The position numbers were made by a program, and so were the translations under genes. From contig JAGVWU010000006.1 of assembly GCA_018304145.1 (NCBI GenBank), positions 1 through 58,708 on the forward strand: DNA of 58,708 nt, in the 5' to 3' direction. Below the pieces are notes generated by a model. It saw only the letters and a list, made by a program, of their open reading frames with translations. It made no database searches and had not been told where the DNA came from. Of the stretch, positions 8,397 to 16,241 are shown in pieces. This DNA is from Candidatus Pacearchaeota archaeon (lineage in GTDB: Archaea; Nanobdellota; Nanobdellia; Pacearchaeales; GW2011-AR1). Every line of letters starts with the position of its first letter. Within the stretch, counting starts at the first letter, position 1.

Positions 8397-8404
8397 TTTA
8401 TAAA
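8397..8404 (-). promoter_or_regulatory. TATA box (TTTATAAA) for the GluRS gene
   Basis: Box centre is 25.5 nt from ATG 8375. Confidence 0.5.
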
Positions 8405-8574
8405 TATTTAGAATAAGAGGGTAGGTAAGCTGCCAGTTATATTCTATATATCATCATATAAACATCTGATTTTCATTAACTAATAACTATTAATAATAAA
8501 ATTTTATAACTGCTATTATAAAATAACTGTTCAAAATGAATAATATATAAAAACAATTCATAAATATAAAAGGA

Positions 8575-9198
8575 ATGGTTAAAGCAAAAATTTTAAGAGA
8601 TTTAATGACTCAAAGACCTATAGATTATGTTTTGCCAGCAAGGATTGGTCAAAAGATAGGAAGATCTGAAAATTGTCAGATACGAATTCTTGAAGATTCT
8701 TTAAAAATAAATTATGGCAAAAAAATATTATATTATGCAAATGCAGTATCAAAAAATGCTGGAACAATAATACAGGGTGCAGACAGAAGTGTTATGTTGC
8801 ATAGGGAAATCGGGATTAGAATGCCCAAAAGAGAAATTAGAGAAAGTTCGAAAATTTATATAATACCTCCTGAAGATGTTGATAGTGTAAAACTTAGATT
8901 AGCCAGCTTGGATCAAGCAGTAGAAGACCTTCTTGAAAAAATAGATAAAAATGAAGACACCGGTGAGTCTGAAAAAGAGATTAATGGAATAAGAAGGACT
9001 TTTTTGGATTATTTGCTATATCCTGATCAAACAGAATATGTAGCTGACGGAAGCTTGGTTATATTTGGAATTAATTATAAATTTATGCTTTTGCAAGGAG
9101 ATTCTGCAGATATAAATGCCAGGGCAAGTTCAGAAAAAAGACTAAGGTCACGAGACACTCAAATAATAAAGCCATCAGATACTTCTCTAAAGATTTAA
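8575..9198 (+). CDS. Hypothetical protein (207 aa), weak FHA-like stretch
   Basis: IGRSENCQIRILEDS...VSKNAGTI resembles an FHA core only loosely. Confidence 0.45.
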   Translation: MVKAKILRDLMTQRPIDYVLPARIGQKIGRSENCQIRILEDSLKINYGKKILYYANAVSKNAGTIIQGADRSVMLHREIGIRMPKREIRESSKIYIIPPEDVDSVKLRLASLDQAVEDLLEKIDKNEDTGESEKEINGIRRTFLDYLLYPDQTEYVADGSLVIFGINYKFMLLQGDSADINARASSEKRLRSRDTQIIKPSDTSLKI

Positions 9199-10169
9199 AA
9201 TTCCTCATTCTTAAATCCAGTTATTTTTTCTATTTTTTCCTCATTTTCTTCAAGATTTTCTGCCTGCTCAAATTCCAATTCTTCTTTCATGTCTTCTATA
9301 TCCCTTTCAAGCTCTTCCAGAAATTTATCCCTGTTCTTATCAAAATATTCATAAAGATATATATAAATTTCATCGAGATGCTTTTCCTGTTCCAGCCATA
9401 ATTTTTGGGTGTTGCTAAGATGCAGGAGCGGAAGAAAGCAGGAAATTTTTTCTTCTTTATCTTTCCCAATTATATTAGAATAACTTATTTTATTCATATT
9501 TTTTTCATTGTCCACAGCTTTCTTTTTAAGGAAAGTCAGAATCCTTGCATAAAAATGTTTTATCCTGTCTTTTAAGTCTATTCTTTTAAAGGTTGGAAAA
9601 TCAACTTCTGAAAGTTTCTTTGCCCTTACAACTGCTATTTCTTTTTTTATTCTTCTTGATTCTGTATTGATTGCCTTGTCCAAGGCTGTCAGTAGTTCAG
9701 GCAAGGTTACTTTTCTTAATCTCGATAAAGGGGTTTTGGGAATCAGAAAAGGAAGCTCATCTTCATTTATTTCAATTTTCTCAACAACATATTTGTTTTC
9801 TTCTTTTTTTCCGAAAAGAATTTCATCAATGCTTTTTATATGCCTGTTAAGAAGAAATTCTGACTTGATTCTTAGAAGAAGGGCAGCTGCCAGTAAAATT
9901 TTGCTTGAAATATAGAAATCTGCTTCCTGCATTTCTTCTATTTTTTCAAAGTATTTTTTAGTGAGTATGATAATATCAATATCCCAGGGATTTAATTGCT
10001 TAGAATTTATCAACTCAAAAATAATTACCTGCCAGTCAGGATTTCTTCCCGAAATAACATCATAGAACTGATTAGGGCTTATTTTTTCAACAATTTTTAA
10101 ATTCTCATCAGATTCCTCTAAGGAGCTTGCTATCTCCTTATTTTTAGGTAAAAACTCTTTAAAATCCAT
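9195..10169 (-). CDS. scpA: Segregation and condensation protein A (kleisin)
   Basis: NPWDIDIIILTKKYFEKI...ISSKILLAAALLLRIKSEFLL is the typical ScpA N-terminus. Acidic C-terminus. Confidence 0.7.
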   Translation of the reverse strand: MDFKEFLPKNKEIASSLEESDENLKIVEKISPNQFYDVISGRNPDWQVIIFELINSKQLNPWDIDIIILTKKYFEKIEEMQEADFYISSKILLAAALLLRIKSEFLLNRHIKSIDEILFGKKEENKYVVEKIEINEDELPFLIPKTPLSRLRKVTLPELLTALDKAINTESRRIKKEIAVVRAKKLSEVDFPTFKRIDLKDRIKHFYARILTFLKKKAVDNEKNMNKISYSNIIGKDKEEKISCFLPLLHLSNTQKLWLEQEKHLDEIYIYLYEYFDKNRDKFLEELERDIEDMKEELEFEQAENLEENEEKIEKITGFKNEEF

Positions 10170-10190
10170 ATTTTAAAATAACTTAACTTG

Positions 10191-10198
10191 CTTATAAA
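10191..10198 (-). promoter_or_regulatory. TATA box (TTTATAAG on minus strand) for scpA
   Basis: Box centre is 25.5 nt from ATG 10169. Confidence 0.5.
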
Positions 10199-10389
10199 TG
10201 TTTCAAAAATCATTATTTTTACTACTATTTATGACAAAGACTAATAGATAAGATTAAATAGAGTTTTTACAATAAATAATTGCACTTAAAAAATGCTTGA
10301 AAAGGGCATAAAAAAAGGCTATTTTAGTTGTGTCATTTATCAGTTACGACAAACCGAAAGATTTAAATATATAGGAATTCTATACATAT

Positions 10390-10590
10390 TATCACCTCTT
10401 TTTCCCCAGAAGAGTCAGGACGTATAATTTTTATATGACACCGATTCTTCTAGGGTTTATATTCAACAAACAAGATTTGATTCTTCAGGGAAAATAGGAT
10501 AAAAAGGAGGGGTGATAGAGGCGACTCATATTCTTATCTTCAATCCGCAAGGATTGAATGAGACAGAAAATAATGCATTATTTTCTGTAT
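10390..10590 (+). ncRNA. Candidate structured non-coding RNA of unknown class
   Basis: Lies in a region of about 590 nt with no ORF of 60 aa or more. TTTAAATA box at 10362-10369 is about 25 nt upstream of 10390. A 14-bp closing helix pairs 10390-10403 with 10504-10517. A nested helix pairs 10405-10416 with 10443-10455, with an alternative partner at 10479-10490. There is a GCAA-capped hairpin at 10525-10562 and a 26-nt perfect palindrome at 10563-10588. Confidence 0.35.
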
Positions 10591-10763
10591 ATAAGAAATC
10601 AAAGAGTTAGATAACAGCAATCAGGTCTAAAATCCTGCACTACTTTATTATAACTTCTTTGAAAATTATAATACAAAGATTGGGTCTAAAAACTTAATTT
10701 CAGTATAGTATCTAAATTATATTTTAAATACTGGGATTAAGTTGCGTCCAGCACGGTTTGATA

Positions 10764-10883
10764 TTATAGACTCTTACTTTTTTCTATATCAAGGACAATT
10801 CTCTTATTATTTTGCACAGATACTAAAATATCTTCTCCTGATTTTAAATTAAGGCAGTCAATTACATCTTTATTAAAATACAT
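10764..10883 (-). CDS. Possible small AbrB/SpoVT-like ORF (39 aa, not in ORF track)
   Basis: Hand translation gives MYFNKDVIDCLNLKSGEDILVSVQNNKRIVLDIEKSKSL, which resembles the C-terminal half of a SpoVT/AbrB swapped hairpin. It lies just downstream of a zinc-ribbon ORF. Confidence 0.25.
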   Translation of the reverse strand: MYFNKDVIDCLNLKSGEDILVSVQNNKRIVLDIEKSKSL

Positions 10884-10927
10884 TCCAAGTCTATCTTGAG
10901 AAAGTTTGATTATTTTTTGTTTTATTT

Positions 10928-11122
10928 TTAATGAAGTTCTTTTTGTTTAATTTCATCTATGATTTTCATTATGCTTTCATGTTCAAAATTATAATAGTCA
11001 CAATTTTTGCATTGATAACTAATTGCAGGAGTTTTTGCATCTTCAATTTCAACTCTTTTTAATTCTGATTTACACTTTGGACAAATCATTTTAATAGTTA
11101 ATTTTATATCTTTTATAATCAT
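10928..11122 (-). CDS. Small zinc-ribbon protein (64 aa)
   Basis: CPKC...CKNC motif pair. Confidence 0.5.
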   Translation of the reverse strand: MIIKDIKLTIKMICPKCKSELKRVEIEDAKTPAISYQCKNCDYYNFEHESIMKIIDEIKQKELH

Positions 11123-11128
11123 TCTTTA

Positions 11129-11533
11129 TTATCTTTTCTTCTTGTAATTCAAATACCATAGAAAAGCTATAATAAAAGAAGGACATGCTATTTGAAGGCT
11201 CCAAACCAAGTAATACCATTCAAACCCATTATTAATAGAATTAATCATTATCATAGTAATATATGCCAGTCCCCCTAATGTAAAGGTTATTGTTCCTATT
11301 AGTTCTCTTTTCCAGGATATCCATAGAAGTATTGCTAAAATCAGTACAGGAATATTATGCATGAATAATCCAATTAAACATTCTAAAAAACTATTGCAAC
11401 TTTCAAAAATATCCAAAGAAAATATAGCCAGAAACAGCAAGAATAGAATTGATAAAATTCTTGGACTCCAATAAAGAACCCAGCCTATTTTAGGTTTTTT
11501 AATTTTTTTATCAGTCTCTTTTTTTAATTTCAT
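11129..11533 (-). CDS. Integral membrane protein (about 4 TM)
   Basis: Four hydrophobic segments and a basic N-terminus. Confidence 0.55.
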   Translation of the reverse strand: MKLKKETDKKIKKPKIGWVLYWSPRILSILFLLFLAIFSLDIFESCNSFLECLIGLFMHNIPVLILAILLWISWKRELIGTITFTLGGLAYITMIMINSINNGFEWYYLVWSLQIACPSFIIAFLWYLNYKKKR

Positions 11534-11641
11534 TATAAATTAAAGAAATTATTATTTATATAAGTTTGGTAAAAGTTTGTTATTTTATTATAGAATAAGA
11601 ATGGATAATGTTTAATCCTTTCATTTATATTAAATACAAAT

Positions 11642-11842
11642 TTATCTTTTTAAGAATTCAGTATAATGACATTTCCCGCAATATAACCTGTTATCAGCTT
11701 TCATTAAGAAAACTCCTGCTCCGCATCTTGGACAGCTTCTTTCTCTTTTTATTGTATCTCCATCAATTTTATACATTTTGTACTTTTTTGAAGTAGGCTT
11801 GTTCTTATGCGGTTTTTTTCCTTTCTTTTCTCCCTTTGCCAT
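11642..11842 (-). CDS. rps27ae: 30S ribosomal protein S27ae
   Basis: [25 protein letters not shown] zinc ribbon, basic N-terminus. Adjacent to S24e as in many archaea. Confidence 0.85.
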   Translation of the reverse strand: MAKGEKKGKKPHKNKPTSKKYKMYKIDGDTIKRERSCPRCGAGVFLMKADNRLYCGKCHYTEFLKR

Positions 11843-11898
11843 GAATAAATATCAAAAACTTAGTTTTTAAAGATTGCTGTTAATTTTAAAATCAATTT

Positions 11899-12723
11899 TT
11901 ACAGCATTTGAATACAGTTTCCATTTACACATTTATAATTTTCATTAACCAATGTACCTTTTAAATAACCGTTTGAACATCCAGGAGAAGCATACCCTCC
12001 ATTATTCGGATCTCCGTGTCCTGAATCATCTTTTCCATCTTTTATTTTTGTGCATGTGCCAATTCCACTATCAAGATTTACAATACATGATTCGCAAAGG
12101 CCACACCCTGTGCTATCTATACATGAATCTGCACATGAAGTTTTCGTATCTGATGGCACTAATTGGACACATTTTCGGTCATTTTTGTATTTTGTGTAAG
12201 GTATTGGTAATTCATATAAACAATTATTATCACACTTTTTTTTATCTGTACCAGTTTTATAATCACATACTTTAAATCTATAAGTTCTATAAGGATAATT
12301 ATACGTTACTATTTTTGTACAATCTAGACAGGTTGCACAGGGATATTTTATAGTTATCGGAGGACTAGTACCTTCACAAATTTGATCTTTTTGTACCCAA
12401 CCTTTTTGACAGGTTTCTGATGAAAAGTAATTATAAGGATTATAGCTTGCTAACCCATTATCTGATATTTCAAAATTTTTGTTTGTTTTAACTAAATTAA
12501 TAAAATTAGCAATCCTTGAATCATTTTGAGCTAAGGGTTCTAATTCTGTTATTATTTTATCAATATTATAATTAATACTAATTTTTTTATTATTCCAGTC
12601 AGGTGCAACAGAAAAAGCAAGAGCAAATAATAATAATAAAATTATTATCGCAATAATTGGCCAAATTTTCCAAATTTTATTATAATCTAATTTAGAGGTT
12701 TTGTTATTCTTCCTCTTTTTCAT
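11899..12723 (-). CDS. Cysteine-rich secreted or membrane-anchored protein
   Basis: N-terminal TM anchor (IWPIIAIIILLLLFALAF) followed by a Cys-rich ectodomain with about 30 Cys. Confidence 0.55.
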   Translation of the reverse strand: MKKRKNNKTSKLDYNKIWKIWPIIAIIILLLLFALAFSVAPDWNNKKISINYNIDKIITELEPLAQNDSRIANFINLVKTNKNFEISDNGLASYNPYNYFSSETCQKGWVQKDQICEGTSPPITIKYPCATCLDCTKIVTYNYPYRTYRFKVCDYKTGTDKKKCDNNCLYELPIPYTKYKNDRKCVQLVPSDTKTSCADSCIDSTGCGLCESCIVNLDSGIGTCTKIKDGKDDSGHGDPNNGGYASPGCSNGYLKGTLVNENYKCVNGNCIQML

Positions 12724-12744
12724 TGGAAGATTAGGTTTAATGAG

Positions 12745-12752
12745 TTTATAAA
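12745..12752 (-). promoter_or_regulatory. TATA box (TTTATAAA) for ORF 11899..12723
   Basis: Box centre is 25.5 nt from ATG 12723. Confidence 0.5.
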
Positions 12753-12962
12753 TCTTTTTGAGAAATCTATTTTTTTGTTAATTTGTTGTATGATAAAAAA
12801 TAGTAAAACAGATTGGATTTTGGAAAATCTTTTAAACAAAGAGAAATTTCCTAATTTAGCATGGTTGGCAGAAATTTTTCAAGCATCATAAAACCAAACA
12901 GATAATTTGAAATTGTTATTATTTTTATTTAAGATACTCAATTGAAATTGTTTGTACAAACT

Positions 12963-12998
12963 TATGCCTTTAGGCATAGGCTAAAAACCGAAGGTTTT
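12963..12998. repeat. Twin hairpin module (CC-TTTA-GG hairpin 12963-12978 plus CC-GAA-GG hairpin 12984-12998)
   Basis: tatgcc ttta ggcata and aaaacc gaa ggtttt, just downstream of the S24e stop. Same architecture as 7061-7113. Confidence 0.7.
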
Positions 12999-13013
12999 GG
13001 TGATATCTTAATT

Positions 13014-13385
13014 TTATTCTTTTTTTGTTTCTTTTTTCTTTTCACTTTCAGCTTTCTTAGCATCTTCTTCAGCTTTTTTTGCTTCAGCAGATGCCTTTGC
13101 TTTTTCTTCTTCTGCTTTCTTTTCAGAGTCTTTTTGCTTTTTTGTTTTTTGAATTGCTTTTTCCAAATCATGCTTTGAATCATAAAGGTAAGCTTTAATC
13201 AGAAAGGTTTTTCTTCCAAATTTTCCTTTTATATTATAGACATCAATGGAATCTTCTGGTTTGGAAAATTTTTCTGAAAGCATTTTTCTAATTTCAGGGA
13301 AACTTGGATTTTTATCAGATTCTAAAATAAAAGAAATTTCCTGTCTTTTGAATAATTCATTTTTTGATTCTTTTTGTAGTTGCAT
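13014..13385 (-). CDS. rps24e: 30S ribosomal protein S24e with Lys/Glu/Ala-rich C-terminal tail
   Basis: NELFKRQEISFIL...PSFPEIRKMLSEKF...VYNIKGKFG matches S24e. Start taken at the internal ATG 13385 (MQLQKESKNE). Confidence 0.8.
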   Translation of the reverse strand: MQLQKESKNELFKRQEISFILESDKNPSFPEIRKMLSEKFSKPEDSIDVYNIKGKFGRKTFLIKAYLYDSKHDLEKAIQKTKKQKDSEKKAEEEKAKASAEAKKAEEDAKKAESEKKKETKKE

Positions 13386-13570
13386 AAAAAATATTAAGAT
13401 TGAGGGTTTAAAAATCCTTGCCTTAAAACTTTTATATTCCAATAAATTTTATTAATTCATAAACCAAAAATACTGGCCAGATAAGTGCTTTTAAAAATCC
13501 TAAAACAACCATCCAGAAACTGTACGCAGTTAAAATATATAATTATTGCTTCAATAAAATTTATATTCTT

Positions 13571-13756
13571 TTATAATTTAATAGAATAAATTCCTTTTTT
13601 AGAAATTTTTAACTTTTGGGCAAGCTCTGATTTTTCAGGATTTATAATTTCAATTTTTCCTTTAAAGCTATCAGAACTTTCCTTTTTTCCACAATTAGGA
13701 CAGCTTTCTCCTTCATATATTAATTTGCAAGTTTTGCATGCTTTTTCTTTTGCCAT
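13571..13756 (-). CDS. spt4: Transcription elongation factor Spt4 (RpoE'')
   Basis: 61 aa, CKTC...CPNCG zinc ribbon. Located next to rpo7, as is typical in archaea. Confidence 0.8.
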   Translation of the reverse strand: MAKEKACKTCKLIYEGESCPNCGKKESSDSFKGKIEIINPEKSELAQKLKISKKGIYSIKL

Positions 13757-13982
13757 GTTTATTTAATAATTTTATAAATTTAATTCAAGTCCAGCAGTTG
13801 ATGATTCTATAATTTTTAATTCTCTTAAATCAGGAATTTTTTGCAATAAAATTTTTTCAGCTTCCTCTAAACTTCTGGCAGGTAAACCTCCTATTTAAAT
13901 CCCCCTCTTAACTTTCCATGATAATTATAATAATTAGACCTATTTATTTCTCTATTCATGCCAGGTTTTGGTGTATGAATTG

Positions 13983-14585
13983 TCATTTTGCTTTCTTCAC
14001 CTTCCTTTCTGCTTTTTCAGCTTTTGTGGCTTTTTTTGCATTAGCCATTGTTTTTTTCTTTTCTTCTTTTATCCATTCTAATTTTCCTAGTCCTGGCTGT
14101 CTCATTGTCAAGCCTACTTTAGGATTATCGCCTTTGTATGATATAGCGACTATTCTTGCCAAACATTCATCTTTTTTCTTTAAAATTCTTTTTGAATCTT
14201 TTCCTAAGAGAGTGTTGGTTGTTGAAAAACTTACATAGTCATCCATTGTCTGGCTTATATGAATCATTCCTTTCATCACACTAAGATTTATAAATGCTCC
14301 AAAATCAGTAATCTCGTCGATTAGTCCATAGACTAATTCATTCATTTCAGGTTTCCAAGCCAATAATTTGAATTTAGAATCATAGTAAGCAGCTCCATCA
14401 CAGGGAATTATAACTCCATTCCCAACCTCTAAAATAGATATTATTCCAATTACTTCCCCTATTTCTTTGTCGTGGTAATGTGCATAAATTTCCTGCAATT
14501 GTTTGGCAACAGCATCGCTAGTTTTAAGGCCAAATAATTTCGGCTCTACTCTTACATAATCTTGAACTTCAACTATATAGAACAT
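13983..14585 (-). CDS. rpo7: DNA-directed RNA polymerase subunit Rpo7 (E') with Lys/Ala-rich C-terminal tail
   Basis: MFYIVEVQDYVRVEPKLFG N-terminus, then an S1-like domain (GLIDEITDFGAFINL...GMIHISQ). Confidence 0.85.
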   Translation of the reverse strand: MFYIVEVQDYVRVEPKLFGLKTSDAVAKQLQEIYAHYHDKEIGEVIGIISILEVGNGVIIPCDGAAYYDSKFKLLAWKPEMNELVYGLIDEITDFGAFINLSVMKGMIHISQTMDDYVSFSTTNTLLGKDSKRILKKKDECLARIVAISYKGDNPKVGLTMRQPGLGKLEWIKEEKKKTMANAKKATKAEKAERKVKKAK

Positions 14586-14609
14586 GTTGATTTTAATAAA
14601 AAAAGTAGA

Positions 14610-14617
14610 TTTATAAA
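14610..14617. promoter_or_regulatory. Shared palindromic TATA box (TTTATAAA) between rpo7 and the sigma-70-like gene
   Basis: Box centre is 28.5 nt from the rpo7 ATG (14585) and 25.5 nt from the internal ATG 14639 of the sigma ORF. Confidence 0.5.
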
Positions 14618-14638
14618 GGTTTCTTTATGACTTTTATT

Positions 14639-15748
14639 ATGGCTGAATTAAATTGTTATTTAGGTCTTGCAGATTATTTGACTGATATAGGTAATCTACC
14701 TTTTGCATCATGCCCTTTAAATGAAGATTCTATAAGCTTTGCTAAGGAAAGAGAGAGAAGAAATATAAAGCTTGGAACTATTGTGCAAAGGTATCTTTTA
14801 ACTGAAAGAAGGTTATCAAATAAAGTTGAAGGTTTGGAAAAAGAATTTTTAGGAAAATTGGGATTAGCTGAACCTGTTTTATATGGAAATTTTGGAAAAA
14901 TAATGCAATGGACAAATGAATATAGAGAAAAAATTAAATCAACAAGAAAAAAATTAGAGGATTATAGGAGAGACAATTCTCCTGCTTATATTCAGGCAAA
15001 GCAAGTAATTTCTGAATCTTGCCTTTTTCTTGTTGTTTATTGGGCAAAAAAATATGCTGAAAAATTTAACTTAAATGTTAATGATTTGATTGGATATGGA
15101 AACAGAGGGCTGATGCATGCTGTTGAGAAATTTAATCCTAAAAGAAAGTGTCTATTCTCAACTTATGCAACTTTTTGGATTAGGCAGTCTATATCAAGAG
15201 GGATAGCTGATGAAGAATGCAAAGGAAATTTTTCACTCTCTTATCCAATGTATAAAAAGAGAGGTAAAATATTAAAGATAGAAGAGTTATTATTTTCAGA
15301 GTTGGGCAGGAATCCTAATGAAGAAGAAACAGCCAGAAAATATAATGAGGTTTATTGCTTAAAGGATTCCCGTAGCAGAATAAAACTTGAAGATGTAAAA
15401 GTTTTAAGGGCATTAAGACGAGTTTCAAGATTATCCTTGTTAGGCTGCGATAAAGATAGAGAATTTGATGTTGAAGATATTCGTTCAGAAGCCTCTTTTG
15501 AAATAGCAGCAAGAAACGATGGAGTTAGAGAAGTTTTGGATTATTTAGATAATTCTGGAAGATTTACTTCTGATGAGATAGAAGTTATAAAATATCGTTT
15601 TGGAATTGAAAGGGATCCAAGAACTTTGAAAGAAACAGGAACTATATTAAAATTGACAAGAGAAAGAATAAGGCAAATTGAAGCAAAAGCACTTCAAAAA
15701 TTAAAAAACCGTTTTGATCCTATGTACAGGCAGAGTCTTGTAGGATAA
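14639..15748 (+). CDS. Bacterial-type sigma-70 family RNA polymerase sigma factor homologue
   Basis: Region 2: LVVYWAKKYAEKF..DLIGYGNRGLMHAVEKFNPKRKCLFSTYATFWIRQSISRGIADE. Region 4: IEVIKYRFGIERDPRTLKETGTILKLTRERIRQIEAKALQKLK. The ORF track starts at 14627, but TATA spacing favours ATG 14639. Confidence 0.85.
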   Translation: MAELNCYLGLADYLTDIGNLPFASCPLNEDSISFAKERERRNIKLGTIVQRYLLTERRLSNKVEGLEKEFLGKLGLAEPVLYGNFGKIMQWTNEYREKIKSTRKKLEDYRRDNSPAYIQAKQVISESCLFLVVYWAKKYAEKFNLNVNDLIGYGNRGLMHAVEKFNPKRKCLFSTYATFWIRQSISRGIADEECKGNFSLSYPMYKKRGKILKIEELLFSELGRNPNEEETARKYNEVYCLKDSRSRIKLEDVKVLRALRRVSRLSLLGCDKDREFDVEDIRSEASFEIAARNDGVREVLDYLDNSGRFTSDEIEVIKYRFGIERDPRTLKETGTILKLTRERIRQIEAKALQKLKNRFDPMYRQSLVG

Positions 15749-15783
15749 AAAACTAAAAAAGAAAAATAAATAATTTTTATAGA

Positions 15784-16212
15784 TTATTTTGTCAGCATCA
15801 ATCTTTTAAATCTATTAATTAAAATTACCCTTCCAAGAGCAGACCTCATTTCCCTGTCTAAAGTGCAGACAATATTTTTTTTGTCCTGATTTGCTAAATT
15901 AATAATAGCATCATCTACATTTTTGCCCTGTGTTTGTATAATTTTAATTTTATTGAATTCAAGCAGCTGCAAAGCCAAATTTGCAGCGTCCTTGTCTCTT
16001 CCAGTTGTTTTCTTGAATTTGGGATTTCTTGCTTTTAGAAGCCATGAATTTTTTTCCTTAGTTTTTTTGATGATTTTTACAAGCTCATCAACAACCTGTT
16101 CAGGAACAACTAATTCAAATCCTTCTTTTATTAAATTTCCAATCTCTTCTTTGTAATCTAATTTGTTTTTTGCACAATAAACAAGGAAATTAGTGTCTAA
16201 TATTATTTTCAT
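15784..16212 (-). CDS. PIN-domain endonuclease (Fcf1/Utp24-like)
   Basis: MKIILDTNFLVY..., VVPEQVVDEL, DDAIINLA...IVCTLDREMRSAL: acidic PIN residues in Fcf1-like spacing. Confidence 0.6.
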   Translation of the reverse strand: MKIILDTNFLVYCAKNKLDYKEEIGNLIKEGFELVVPEQVVDELVKIIKKTKEKNSWLLKARNPKFKKTTGRDKDAANLALQLLEFNKIKIIQTQGKNVDDAIINLANQDKKNIVCTLDREMRSALGRVILINRFKRLMLTK

Positions 16213-16233
16213 GAATTTTTTAAAACAATATTA

Positions 16234-16241
16234 TTTATATA
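16234..16241. promoter_or_regulatory. Shared TATA box (TTTATATA) for divergent genes starting at 16212 (-) and 16263 (+)
   Basis: Box centre is exactly 25.5 nt from both ATGs. 50 nt separate the start codons. Confidence 0.55.

Noticed and set aside
10390-10590. Assignment of the structured locus to RNase P RNA or SRP RNA
   Set aside because: I could not find the CR-I (GAGGAAAGUCC) or CR-V (ACAGAA...GGCUUA) elements on either strand. I also could not find the SRP helix-8 GGAA/AGCA loop motifs. It is kept only as an unclassified candidate.
12942-13183. Two overlapping ORFs (78 aa plus strand, 73 aa minus strand) over the S24e 3' region
   Set aside because: They are alternative-frame readings of the Lys/Glu-rich low-complexity tail of rps24e (poly-F/L or poly-K translations).
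13757-13982. 40-codon open frame between rpo7 and spt4 (IGGLPARSLEEAEKILLQKIPDLRELKIIESSTAGLELNL, minus strand)
   Set aside because: It looks protein-like but has no ATG/GTG/TTG start after the upstream stop (first codon ATA). It may be a remnant or a non-canonical start; evidence is insufficient.
14845-14924. Possibility that the PPDK/sigma repeat is a diversity-generating retroelement template/variable repeat pair
   Set aside because: The 11 mismatches are not adenine-specific in either direction. No reverse transcriptase (YxDD) ORF is present in the window.
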